Shown here one piece after another: positions 1-11,924 of a stretch of DNA of 64,000 nucleotides. The stretch comes from Octopus sinensis (taxonomy: Eukaryota): assembly GCF_006345805.1 (NCBI RefSeq), contig NC_043012.1:57598001-57662000 (forward strand), written 5' to 3'. How positions within the stretch are numbered: position 1 is the first letter of the stretch; every line of letters starts with the position of its first letter. Under the pieces are notes generated by a model. The model saw nothing but the letters and a program-made list of their open reading frames with translations. It searched no databases and was not told the DNA's origin. The translations under genes and the position numbers were made by a program.

Positions 1-49
1 GTACTTGCCTTGGGCTAAACAACTACAGCATATTGGTTTCAGATTTTAA

Positions 50-242
50 CATCAGGCCAACAGTTCTGGGATAGGGTGTTAGTCGATCACATCGGCACCC
101 CTCCCCCCGTGCGTCACTGGTACTTATTTTATCGACCAAGGCAAAGTCGACTCTGGCGGAATTTGAGCTCAGATCGTAAAGACGGACGAAATGCCTGTAA
201 GCATTTTATTCGGCCTGCTAATGATTTTACCAGCTCGCTGCC
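50..242 (-). mobile_element. tRNA-derived SINE family A, diverged copy
   Basis: Reverse complement matches the family A pattern seen across the window: GGCGGTGAGCTGGCAG head, B-box-like GTTCAAATTCC, GTCGACTTTGCCTTT...GGTCGATAAAATAAGTACCAG body. Confidence 0.85.
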
Positions 243-842
243 AATTAAGAGCTGTTGACAGAGCCACAAACTAGGACACAGTCATATTCGTTACTATAGT
301 AAGTAATGAGATGCAGACAGTTTGCAAGGCCGACATGTTCATCTACTTAACCACCTGTGATTCTATGCTTTTGCTGTAAAGACTATAAACAAGGACCATT
401 ATTTATACGTAGAATGACAAATTATTCATATTTTTCTTCTTCTTTCTAGTGTATTCGTCATAAATTAAGAATTACAAAATATTTTCAGTAAAATGAGAGA
501 AAATAAAAGAAAAAAGAGAATTTAGTCGCTCTAGTGTTACCAGAAAGCAGAGCTTTAAAAGGCCACGGAAAAAGCGGAAACTGTAGGTGAATAATTCTGA
601 AGGGCTTCTAATAGCCTTACTCAGATTAAAATCTTCTCAAGCAATGCGACTTTTAATAAAATAGTTGCTTGTCTGATGTAACTGTACGTAGTTGCATGTC
701 TATGACAAGTCCAGCCGATTGCCTAGTTCCTAATTGTCTCAAGCGTTTAACCATTTCGTAGACATGAAGATCAGGGTACTTTATTTTAAGAGTTGTCATC
801 CGTTTTCTCTGATTGCTTTTTCTCTTCAAAATCTTTATTTTC

Positions 843-863
843 ATATTATTATTATTATTATTA

Positions 864-905
<42 letters not shown>

Positions 906-1155
906 TTCTTTTTGACTTCTCTTGAGAATATATGAAAATATACGAAAAACAAGGCACTAGACATACACAGATAAGTACACATACACATATATTCATACAC
1001 ACACACTTACCACACACACATACACACAAATTAATAAATATTGAGTGGCGAAATATTTGGCGACGGTGAGATGTGCCGGGTCAGAAGAGAAAAAGAAATG
1101 ATTTTGAAAAGAGAGTTGAATTCAGAAGTGTAGTTAAGTCTTAGAATATGGCATG

Positions 1156-1216
<61 letters not shown>
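843..1216. repeat. (ATT)n and (CA)n microsatellites
   Basis: Direct reading: (ATT)n at about 843-903 and (CA)n at about 1157-1216. Confidence 0.95.
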
Positions 1217-1219
<3 letters not shown>

Positions 1220-3260
1220 CTAGGCAAGTAATTATGTGATGTCTCATTGCTGGCTTAGCTCTAAAACGGTTCCCACAACTATCAACTTAGTCTATTTGCA
1301 CACATACACACACACACACTTGTACACATGCAAATATATGTGTCTATGTTTATGTCCATATATATATATACATATATATGTGTGTATATACATTTATTTG
1401 CACGTATGGATATGTGCGCGCGCGCGTGTGTATAGTGGAACCCGGTTATTGTGATCACTTTGGGATTATAACCAGTTGACATATTACGCAAAAGATATAT
1501 TACTTATCTGAGAGTGTTCAGAACCCATTAATTTTGATAATTATAACCATTTGATAACGTTATCTACGATTATAATGACTGATTCACACACACACACACA
1601 TAGTGTTTACGTCGCAACAATCTTGAAACTTCCTGAATAAATTGTTCTTTTTAAATCGGTCGATCTCAAAGTAGATAGAATTATAAATTAGAGCGTGTGG
1701 AATATTAGGTTAAAAAATAAACCCTTGGATGGAAAACCTTGAAGTCTGCCTGTAAGACACGAACCCCAATCTTCTGCAAATATGGCAGACGGTCTGCTAC
1801 TACCATAGCACTCGTTCGAATTTCTCCATTCATTTGGATGAATGTAGAGAAGAACCCTAATTTATTGATAGGATTCTAACGATTTCCTCTTGGGTAGAAC
1901 TCGTTGCGCCCAACGCTTTCATAACAAACACCCTAGAAAGAAGAAGGGATGGAAAGAAGATTAAAAAAAGGATAGTATGTCATTTTACGGAGAAAAGGCC
2001 CTTGTTATGATCTTTGTTGCGAGAATAAAGAGCCTAAAATCGCAGATAGTTAAGTTGATAATGAAGTCGACCCAGAAAAATAAGAAATCCACAGTTGTTT
2101 TGCAACTCTTTATGGAGCAGTTCATTGCGAAACCAATAGTGCTGAAAATACTCCTTGTGCTATTACTCTGTGTGTGCGCCAGGGGGAGGGTACATATATG
2201 CTGTGTATGGAATTAAGCTGCATCTCGTTGAGGATCATAGGTTTGAGGGGTGGGAAACAACTTTTTCACCACCATTTGTTCCCAGGTTTATTCTGACCCG
2301 GAATAGTTGCGCTCGTCAATATTCGAGCTATGGATTAACTAGCATATCTAGTGATAATCCATCTGAGCAAGAGCATAACCTCGGCTGGTGTCAGCGAGAG
2401 TGAGGGACCCGTAGCTATTGTTAGAGTATCTTTCTAGGAGAGGGTCGCTCTGATGTAAACCCTACAGTTTCACTTGATCTCTGGTTATTTCGATTTGACT
2501 TGTCAATAGGCACTAATCACAGTGATTCAAAGAGTGGTACTCGTATTGTACAAGCATTTATCAGTATGATCCATCGATGTACAGATCTATAATTACGGTG
2601 ATCTCTTTTGTCGGTCCATCTACTGAAAATCATATGGCGATCGAAGAGTGGTGACGCATGTAGACTTAACCAGTTGAAAGCGCAAAGTAAGCTATGACTT
2701 TGGTCTGTCACTTATGCTCCAAACTATGCAGATCTGCAACTGAATATTCATCTAAGAGGTCATGGGCGGAAAGTATAAAATGCCACTGACAACGAGGAAG
2801 CACAAAGAGACGGCAATCACGCGTGAAAATGGATCAACCACCATATATACGTGTGCTTTTATGCATCACGAGTCCATATGAGAGATCTTCAGAACGTAAA
2901 TAACGCAGTATTCTATGTTCTAACGCAACATTCAAGTTAAGTTTTTGTCTAAGTTCAATGACAAGCTTTTGTTGACTTAAGACTATGGTTAGAAGATACT
3001 TGTCCAACATGTTGAGCAGCGGGATAGAATCCAAAATCAGTTCATAATTATATTGCCATGATTGCTCTCGAGCTTAAGAAGTTCAGACAAAAAAAAAACA
3101 GAAGAAGCAAAAAAAACGCTCTTATGAACCTCATAGTTAAGACGTGGCGACAGCCGTAGAGCAAGCGGGCGGGGTTGGGGGGGACTTCTTGGTGATCTGA
3201 GTTTACGATCCGGTTTCGTATCCTGGTTGAATATAATTCACTCAATCTACTTTGCTTGAA

Positions 3261-3598
3261 GGCGCGTGGCTCAGTGGTTAGAGCGTCGAGCTTACGATCG
3301 TGAGGTTGTGAGCTCGAATCCCGGACCGGGCTGCGTGTTGTGTTCTTGAGCAAGACACTTTATTTCACGTTGCTCCAGTTCACTCAGCTGTAGAAATGAG
3401 TTGCGACGTCACAGGTGCCAAGCTGTATCGGCCCTTGCCTTTCCCTTGGACAACATCGGTGACGTGGAGAGGGGAGGCCGGTATGCATGGGCGACTGCTG
3501 GTCTTCCATAAAAAAAAAAACAACCTTGCCCAGACTTGTGCCTCAGAGGGTAACTCTCTAGGTGCAAACCCATGGTCAGTGTCTGACCGAAGGGCGTC
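3261..3598 (+). mobile_element. tRNA-derived SINE family C (tRNA-like head, CORE-like central domain, tail type 1)
   Basis: Head GGCGCGTGGCTCAGTGGTTAGAGCG...TCGAATCCCGG carries A/B boxes. Central GTTGTGTTCTTGAGCAAGACACTT...GCTCCAGTTCACTCAGCTG. A highly similar second copy lies at 32480-32803. Confidence 0.9.
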
Positions 3599-3914
3599 AC
3601 CACTTTGCTTGATGCTTTTGTTGCCATATTCATTTTGAAATACTCTGCCTCCATTTCAACTAATTTTGAAAATAGTAGGAGAGCATTGGGAACATAAACT
3701 AACGGGAAATCTTGGTGGAACGTGTTAATTTGGATTGCCATAAAACGGCATTTGTATCGTAGAACCAAGGATGGTTGCAGACAGGTTGGGAGCAAAACAG
3801 GTTAAGCAAGGCATAGAGTTCAAAGAGTTTACTCCAACACTATTCCGTACACTTGTTCACTCGTGGTATTTAAATAAGAAATCATTTAACATGTATCTTA
3901 CCTGTCTTTTCCAG

Positions 3915-3994
3915 GTGATTTATTACAATTTAACTCCCTATTTATTTGTGTAACCTCACCTGAAGGAATTTCTGGGTCTTGTTGTATATTACAG
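3915..3994 (+). CDS. candidate internal exon (phase 1 to 0), unknown product
   Basis: ttttccag|GT...CAG|gtaatt, 80 nt, only one open frame (GDLLQFNSLFICVTSPEGISGSCCILQ). An overlapping minus-strand exon (3902-3959) is equally plausible. Confidence 0.2.
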
Positions 3995-4227
3995 GTAATT
4001 TCCTTTCTTAATTGTTTTTGTATCTCCCTTCTACTTTGCGACTATGAGGCCCCATAAATTGTCCCACCTATCCATCTATCACTTCCGGTATTTGCTTCGG
4101 TTACTAGGCTGCCATACAACAACATGATATTTATGTTGCCATTCTCTGTTTAGATCTTTAAACATTCGGCATACTTTCTTTTGAATGATTTATTCTATAG
4201 CTTCGTTCTGTTATTTATTCACATGAA

Positions 4228-5470
4228 GGCAGTGAGTTGGGAGAAAAATTTAGAGCGTCGGCCCAAATACTTCACAATACTTCTTCCGGTTTTACGTTCT
4301 GAGCTCAAATTTCACCGATGTCGACTATGCTTTTCATCCTTTCGGGCTCGATGTAATAAGTACCAATCAAGTACTGGGGTCGATGTAATCGACTAACCTC
4401 CCTCTCCCAAAATTTCAGGCCTTGTGTTTATAGCATGAACGATTTATAAGGTGGCCATTTAGCAGAAACATTAGCACGCCGGGCAAAATGCTTAGCGGTA
4501 TTTCGTCTGCCGTTACGTTCTGAGTTCAAATTCCGCCGAGGTCGACTTAGCTTTTCATCCTTTCGGAGTCGATAAATAAGTACCACTTACGCACTGGGTT
4601 CGATGTAATCGACTTAATCCGTCTTTCAGTCCTTGTTTGCCCCTTGTGGGCAATAAAGAAAAAAGAAATAAGAATCGTCGGTGCGTCGGACAAAATGCTT
4701 AGCAGTATTTTTTCTGGTTCTTTACGTTCAGATTTAAAATACTATCGAGGTCATCTTCAACCTTTTGGAGCCATAAAATAAGTACCAGTAAAATTCTGTG
4801 GCGAATGTAATCTCAACTTATCTCCTTTGGCTAAAATTACTGACCTTGTACCAAAATTAGAAAGAATTACTTGTTCACACCCTTTGTTAACCCACGTTCT
4901 CTTTAGTTTTGGTTTTTCTCATTTCTCATCTCTAACATTTTTCTTTTTACTTTCCAATCAATCAATCTATATTGTAGTTTTACTGTTTCTTCTTTCATGT
5001 CGTTTTTGTTACATATCTCATTTTTCGTCTCGACTAATAAACACAACTTTATATTAATACAAGGATTAAAGCGGCGAGCGTTAGCACGCTGGGCAAAATG
5101 CTTTGCGGAATTTCGTCCGTCTTTATGTTCTGAGTTCAAATTCCACCGCGGTCGACTTTGCCTTTCATCCTTTCGGGGTCGGTGAAATACGTTCCAGTTC
5201 AGCACTGGTGTCGATGCAAACTAAAATTGCTGGCCTTATGCCAAAATTTGAAATCATTATTAAAGGATTTTAAAGCGGTGAGCTGGCAGAATTGTTATTG
5301 CGACTAGTAAAATCTAGCACCAATTTTTTCCAGTTCTAAACATTCTGAGTTCAAATCCCGCCGAAGCCAAATTTCCCTTTCCTCTCATATGAAACTGGAG
5401 TCGATGGTATGTATTTGCACCCCAACCAAAAACAAATTTTCAGGCGTTGTGCCCACATTAGAAACAATTA
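4228..5470 (+). mobile_element. cluster of five same-orientation SINE A copies
   Basis: Copies at about 4228-4430, 4450-4670, 4676-4865, 5070-5256 and 5274-5470. Each has the family A B-box region and body at differing divergence. Confidence 0.85.
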
Positions 5471-6214
5471 TGGAGAGATTACCATCGTTCTCTGCCTTTT
5501 CATTTTCAAAAATATATCCTAGATTTATATTTTTGGAGGATAAGAATAAAATCGATCTGGTTATTTATTATATATTCTCCCGAATGAACGTCATGCTATT
5601 GTTCTTGACGGCTTCGGTTGATATATTATTCTATTTTATATGCAGATGCCTTTTTTTTTTTTTTACCTTTTTACAAATTCAAACAATCCTATTCCTTTCT
5701 TGTTAGTATTTTACCAATCCATATTTACTAAGCGTTCTTTTGCGAGTATCACAAACATCAGAGCCGACCTTTGCAGTTCTCTCCCTTGAATTGTAAGTAC
5801 GCTATTTTTTTTTTGCATTCACCAAAGGTTTTTGAGTTTTCTTCTCTATCTTTCCTCTCTAGCCCTTGTTTGAATTTCTCTACTTATTCATCACTGTAAT
5901 CTCTACAAGGATCATAAGTTTGGATGATTAAGATGTTCTGTGACTTAGCTGTCAGTCAGTCAGTCATCTTTTGCATATTTTTGCTAGAAATCGGAGCGCA
6001 ATATATTACTAACTTAAAAGTATTCTGGTGCCCCGTGAAGGCAACACCCGTTTCATGTTTGCTTTGCTGCCAACTAAAATATATTTTATGCCCATTATCT
6101 GTCATAAATTCTTCACATTTTGTCCATCTTATTTCAGCAATCCTTATAATATTCCGAGAATATTTTCCATCTCATACGTTTTCTAGATTGATGAAGTGTT
6201 CGTAAATGCGAAGT

Positions 6215-6872
6215 TACTAATGCTTTTATTCTTTCACTTGTTTCATTCATTGAACTGCGGCCATGCTGGGGTATCGCCTTGAAGGGTTTTTGCCGAACAA
6301 ATGGACCACTATACTTACTTTCTACTAGAGTCTGGTACTTATTCTCTCGATCACATTTGTCCGTCGATTTGTTCGACAAAAACCCTTCAAGGCGATGTCC
6401 CAGCATGGCTGCAGTCCAATTTTGCAACTGCGCTACTTCAAAGTGAACGTAAGGAAATCAGCACCGATTGTCCAGCGACGTGTGAGGGGCCAAAAACCAA
6501 AGACAAACAACGTAAGGAAATCAGCACCGATTGTCCAGCGACGTGTGAGGGGCCAAAAACCAAAGACAAACAACGTAAAGAAATCAGCACCGATTGTCCA
6601 GCGACGTGTGAGGGGCCAAAAACCAAAGACAAACAACGTAAGGAAATCAGCACCGATTGTCCAGCGACGTGTGAGGGGCCAAAAACCAAAGACAAACACA
6701 CACACACACACACACAGAGTCGTACATGTATACGAAGAGCTTCGACCAAATTCTTTCACAAGGCATTAGTGGAAACGAGGATGCAGTTGAACACACTTGC
6801 CCAAAGTGCCCCGCAATGGGACTGAACATGAAACTGCGTGATTATTAAGCGAACCTCTTAACCACACAACCA
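6215..6872 (-). mobile_element. SINE family B, diverged, with internal 63-bp minisatellite
   Basis: Tail motif CTTGTTTCA(G)TCATT(T)GACTGCGGCCATGCTGG at about 6240 and head motif CACTTGCCCAAAGTGCC...GGGACTGAAC at about 6795-6830. Confidence 0.75.
6446..6697. repeat. 63-bp tandem repeat x4
   Basis: Unit AACGTAAGGAAATCAGCACCGATTGTCCAGCGACGTGTGAGGGGCCAAAAACCAAAGACAAAC starts at 6446, 6509, 6572 and 6635, with one substitution in copy 3 and no spacers. Confidence 0.97.
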
Positions 6873-7055
6873 ATTTTATTTTTAGAATTTTAACTTTGAA
6901 TTTAGTTAGTTTTTATCACATCTATTGACTTTCGCAATGAAGAAAAGGCAGTAGATGGTAAAATAGCTTTAATTCAGTATCGCTATTAACTCACCATGAT
7001 GTTTGAGTTTCCCTACGTCACCCTGTTGTGTGCTTTAATTGACAAAGCTCTCCAG

Positions 7056-7143
7056 CTACAGTTGGTCAGCTATATCACCGACCAGCCTATCATGAGACGC
7101 AACCCCGTGGATCCAAGTTCGGTCTCACTGTACAGCACCTTCG
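7056..7143 (+). CDS. candidate internal exon (phase 0 to 1, GC donor), unknown product
   Basis: ctctccag|CTACAG...TTCG|gcaagt; frame LQLVSYITDQPIMRRNPVDPSSVSLYSTF; GC-rich relative to flanks. No family recognised. Confidence 0.25.
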
Positions 7144-7353
7144 GCAAGTATTTTTACTACAGCCTCGAGCGGACCAGCTATCCGCTAGACTTGGGACCGG
7201 AAGTATCCTGAATTCTGGTCTTTCCATTTTTCCGAAAACAACCTCTGTATACACTCAGAACCACACTAATAGCGTTTCAATGCAAATAGCCCATCTAGAC
7301 ATTTTATTTTATCAGAAAATAAAAGGTAATGATATATATTAAGCATACATTGA

Positions 7354-7458
<105 letters not shown>

Positions 7459-7871
7459 TATAATATATATATATATATAATACAGTGTACATTTAAACAC
7501 ATTAAGAGGTATCCATCATAGGACTCCGTTACGCTAGGAGGAACAGCTAAAGTCCAAACCACTAATTAGGGATAAAATCTCGAAGAGAATGAAAAATAAA
7601 AACATTTACCATCTATTTCCTGGACCATGGTTTCTGACTTTTTTTTTAGCAAATAAAACAATTTGCCAGGTGAAATCTTCGTCAACAGGTACGCCAACAT
7701 TAAACATATGAGCACGAGACCAATCCAACATGGGCCTCTTGCTTATATGTTTAAATTTTTCAAAACCACCGCGCAAGCGCAGTTTTTTGTCGGCAGCAAA
7801 AACATGCTGTCAATTTCTGGTAGTAAAAATTTCTAAAATCTTTATTACCTTCATATTATATATATATATAT

Positions 7872-8278
7872 TGTTGTATATGGGGACGGTCATGTTGCCA
7901 ATTTAGCCAATAAAAACACTCGCTCTATATATTTGGTGTTCACTCGCTTTATTTTATATTAATTGTATTTCGGTCAGAGTTCTTTCGTCAACACTTCTGT
8001 GATCTCATCAATGGTCCTTTGCTTCCTTCTTTCTTGTGTGTCTGTCCTTACTAATGATCTGCCATTTTGTATTCCTATTGTGTGTCTTCATTTGCGCATG
8101 CGTATATCCCTGTGTATGTCTATGTTTAGTAAGTGTGTGTGTGTTTATGTATTGGAATGTGCCTGCATTATCAGTATCCAATTAATATAAATTAAAGCTG
8201 AAGCAAGCGAACACCAAATATATATTGCGTGTGTTTTTATTGGCTAAACTGGCAACATGACCATCCCCAAATACAACA
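7872..8278. mobile_element. element with ~100-bp imperfect terminal inverted arms next to (TA)n
   Basis: 7872-7968 (TGTTGTATATGGGGACGGTCATGTTGCCAATTTAGCCAATAAAAACAC...) is the reverse complement of about 8178-8278 at roughly 85-90% identity by eye. Confidence 0.75.
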
Positions 8279-8326
8279 TCTGTTTCAACACGCAAATTCA
8301 CATAAAGAATCTTGCAAAACGAATAT

Positions 8327-8480
8327 ATATATCTTATATAAAATTCGTTCTGTCTGTCTGTCTGTGTGTGTGTCTTCTAGGATCTCGGGCATCCTCCATC
8401 CAATTGCGCCGACGGTATCAGGGCGTGTATAAGTCTTGACAAAATGACAAAAATCAGCTGTTGCGATCGATATCTTTATT
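8327..8480 (+). mobile_element. possible 5' end of a non-autonomous Helitron-like element
   Basis: TCTTATATAAAATTCGTT followed by (CTGT)n and then ATCCTCCATCCAATTGCG, an architecture typical of invertebrate Helitron-derived short elements. No 3' hairpin/CTRR end found. Confidence 0.4.
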
Positions 8481-8631
8481 TCTTCTTATGCTGGTGTCTC
8501 AAATTTAGGTTAAATCAGTGTTTCTCAAAGGGGAGGCCTATGAGACGGTCGGACAAGTTGTTTTGAGAAAATTTGGTTTAAATGTTTGACAACTCAGCAC
8601 CGTCCATTGGATGGGGGCGTCGTTTTGCTCG

Positions 8632-8667
<36 letters not shown>

Positions 8668-9124
8668 TGTATGTATGTATGTATGTATGTATGTATGTAT
8701 GTATGTATGTATGTATATGTGTGTGTGTGTTTTCAAAAGCTATTAGTGTGGTTCACTCCAAGACTGAAGAATCTGAAATAAAAAAGAAAGGACGTTACAC
8801 AGAATAATGAAAACACAACAGTGGTGCTGCCTTAGTGCAAACCAGCTGGGAAAAGTTGTTTCAAAATCGATTAGCAGAAAACCGAGAAATCCTAGATTTC
8901 ACCCCTAAGCTATTAGCGTGGTTCTGGGTTTATATTTCGAATAATATGAAATAAATTATGAAGAGTGCAGAATTAAATTACATTTAACAAATTGAAATTT
9001 AATCACTTCTAAAGCAGGGCGTGTCTGACATTTAGTAATCCACTTAAAATTCTTAAAATATATCTTACTGTAGCATTTGTAGAGTATAATATGTGTAAGA
9101 TAAAAATTAAACGATGAAAACTAA

Positions 9125-9520
9125 AGAGCATGGTTTCATTTCATTGCTCCATGTCTATGGCCGGGTTCCAACCCGGGCCGCATCAAAAAAGTCCACCCGT
9201 CACACTTCTCGGTCCAACATTCCAGGCCAGTGTCTGTAATCATGTCGTCGGTGTAATTGTGACGACGTTTTGCTCCTTTTACATCACCATGAAGTGGCTT
9301 CCACAACACTGATGCTTCCAGTTCAGAAGGGTGCTCTCATTGACCAGATAGTTGCAGCCGTCTTTGCCTGATTTTCTCGCTAACTTTCGGCAGGCCTCCA
9401 TGAAGGCATTCGCTTGTCACATATTGCTGCCGTTTCACATTTAGGGCAATTCGTAAGATCCTTGCGAAGCAACCATCCTACCAGTTTGTTAATTTCTTTG
9501 TTTCACTGCCATCTAAATCA
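9125..9520 (-). pseudogene. RTE-type LINE, 3' end of RT ORF plus tail (non-inverted segment)
   Basis: Minus-strand translation LDGSETKKLTNW*DGCFARILRIALNVKRQQYVTSECLHGGLPKVSEKIRQRRLQLSGQ*...VLWKPLHG...YTDDMITDTGL matches the post-thumb region of RTE RTs. Short ATGAA-type tail near 9135-9145. Confidence 0.8.
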
Positions 9521-9539
9521 AGTGATGCTGAACTGTTCC

Positions 9540-9745
9540 GCTTTGAGCGGTTCGAAATTGAATGTTGCCGAAGACTTCAAGTACTTAGGTGGTTGGATTA
9601 GGAGTTCGGAAGCTGACATCAAGATCAGGAAGGCACAAGCATTGACAGCCTGTCACAAACTAAGGAAGGTCCGGAACTCCAAATTGCTCGGGCGAATCAA
9701 AACCAAGCCGTTCATTGCAACTGTCGAATCAATGCTATTATATTA
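9540..9745 (+). pseudogene. RTE-type LINE RT thumb region (inverted segment)
   Basis: GSKLNVAEDFKYLGGWIRSSEADIKIRKAQALTACHKLRKV...FIATVESMLLY contains the FKYLG thumb motif of non-LTR RTs. Confidence 0.85.
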
Positions 9746-9750
9746 ATAAA

Positions 9751-9968
9751 GGCGGCGAGTTGGCAGAATAGTTAGCACGCCGGACAAAATGTTTAGCAGC
9801 AGTTCGTCCGTATTAAAGTTCTGGATTAAAATTTCGCCGAGGTCGACTTTGCCTTTCATCCTTCTGGATTGATAAATTAAGTACTAGTGGAGTACTGGGG
9901 TCGATATAATCGACTTAATCCCCGCCTCTCAAATTTCAGGCCTTGTGTCTATAATAGAAAGGGTTATG
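9751..9968 (+). mobile_element. SINE A
   Basis: GGCGGCGAGTTGGCAGAA head and family A body. Confidence 0.85.
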
Positions 9969-10554
9969 TTAACAGATACAGGGGCAAATTCTTAAGCAGT
10001 TCTGAAGCAGATTATGTTTAGTCTTTATGAATTCACTTTCAAAAGGTAAACAACCATTTTTGAATGAATTCTATGCAAAAACACACACACACACAAAAAC
10101 AAAAAAACCCGACCATCTCGAAATATAACAATATTTTTGCAAATCAACTAACTTCTCTAAAATAGGGTTTGTATACACCACACAGGGTACACTACATAGC
10201 ATGACATTGTACAGTTTTCCCGGAATTCTGGTAATCCCGGATTTCTGAAAATTCCAGATTTATGGAAACTCCGGTTTCTTGGAAGCTGGATAAGAGGTCC
10301 GGTACTGTACTGCGCATTATTTTGTCTAGCGCATAACCAATTCTGCTCTCCACCGCCTCTCTCCATCTTTTACATCGTAACCATTATTATAATCAGACAG
10401 ATTTAATCAACAATATCTTGACATTAAAAAGAAAAAGAAAAAAATGGATTTCAAAGGAACTAATATATGTCCATTTTGAATTATTTCCACCATGATTTTG
10501 TCTTGCTTCATGAATCTCCTTGATATTTATTCCTAGCAAAATGGTTAGTATCGT

Positions 10555-10577
10555 GTAGGTGTGTGTGTGTGTGTGTG

Positions 10578-10611
<34 letters not shown>

Positions 10612-10889
10612 GCGTGCGTGTGTGTGTGCGTGTGTGTGTGTGTGGTGCGGATGTGTATGTATGTGTGTATTTCTGTGTGTGTGTATGTATTCATATATGA
10701 GTATATGTATGTATAAATATCTTTGTGTGGTGTGTAAATATATATATATATATATATATAATATATATATATATATGTATGCATATCTATATGTATATAA
10801 ATGTGCATATATATATATATATAATATATATATATATATTATAATATATATATATAATATATATGTATGCATATCTATATGTATATAAA

Positions 10890-10930
<41 letters not shown>

Positions 10931-10991
10931 ACATACACATATATATCTGTATATATGCATATTTTATTTTATGCCTGTATATATGTGTGTT

Positions 10992-11041
<50 letters not shown>

Positions 11042-11075
11042 AATCTACACATGTTATGTCTGTATGTGTGTGGTG
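10555..11075. repeat. compound (TG)n/(TA)n microsatellite block
   Basis: Direct reading; contains an internal duplicated GTATGCATATCTATATGTATATAAATGTGC unit. Confidence 0.95.
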
Positions 11076-11527
11076 TGTATAAACAAGTTAATGAAATAGA
11101 TAGTTATATAACACGCAACAGTGTTTACCAAACACGCAAGTTCACTTGAAGGAAATGGCTAACGTCTAGAGCAAGAGGTAAGACGTAAGAAATAAAAGCG
11201 GCTGGCAAACCACCGAGACGAGACCGTAACGCAATTTTAAATTCCTCAACACAAGCTATTTCCCTTCTCTGAAATACCCCACCACGCACCGCCGGTCACA
11301 TTGTCTATCACAAGCCATTCCGTTTCCCAACAATTCTTCAGCACAAACCATTCCACTTACTTCAAGATTCGGTTATGTTTTCGATTCTTTCATAGCGTTA
11401 ACGCCGTTGGTAACCACATGAATGCCATACATTTCCATGTGACGTACATCTGAAATATAAGGACATATCTTGTGCTTTGACTTTCATTTGTGCCCGTTAT
11501 TTTATTGTGGCCATGCTGGGGCACTGG

Positions 11528-11760
11528 CTTACTGGTTAGGGGTGTTCGTCTCATGATCGTAAGATTGTGGTTTCGATTCTTCGACCGGGCGACACGTTGT
11601 ATTCTTAAGCGAAACACTTCATTTCACATTGGCCCAGTCCACTCAGCTCGCAAAAATGACTAACCCCACGATGGACTTGTGCCCCATTCAGGTGGAGAAT
11701 TTATACGCCATGAAACCGGGAAATCGGCCTTTGTGAGTCAATATGACTTAAGAAGTTAAC
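11528..11760 (+). mobile_element. SINE C-group copy with tail type 2, nested in a SINE B tail
   Basis: tRNA-like head, then GTTGTATTCTTAAGCGAAACACTT...CCAGTCCACTCAGCT, then a different tail. SINE B tail sequence flanks both sides (about 11490-11527 and 11770-11900). Confidence 0.7.
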
Positions 11761-11924
11761 CTTTATCTTTACTGCCTTGGAAGTTTTAGTCGAACAAATC
11801 GATCCCTGTAGATTTATTTGGCTTGCTACTTATTCTATCGGTCAGTTTTGTTGAACCACTACGTTATGGGATAGGGGGACGTAAACAAAGCGACACCGTT
11901 ACATAGAAATAGTCATTCAGTTCT

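Noticed and set aside
541-586. KQSFKRPRKKRKL* NLS-like micro-ORF
   Set aside because: It is short, has a weak acceptor and no supporting upstream exon, and is expected by chance in A-rich DNA.
3261-3335. tRNA genes at SINE heads (also 32480, 35812, 40197, 45752, 58262)
   Set aside because: A/B boxes are present, but there is no closing acceptor stem and each head runs straight into a shared SINE body, often with a TSD.
6446-6697. CRISPR-like array or repeat-protein ORFs (174 aa and others)
   Set aside because: The repeats abut with no spacers, there are no cas genes, the context is eukaryotic, and the unit lies within a SINE.
8517-8535. CAGTGTTTCTCAAA hAT/Charlie-like TIR
   Set aside because: No partner TIR or 8-bp TSD found.
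10205-10312. Possible pogo-like MITE with internal CCGGA repeats
   Set aside because: The ends match only at TACAGT, so TIRs are not convincing.
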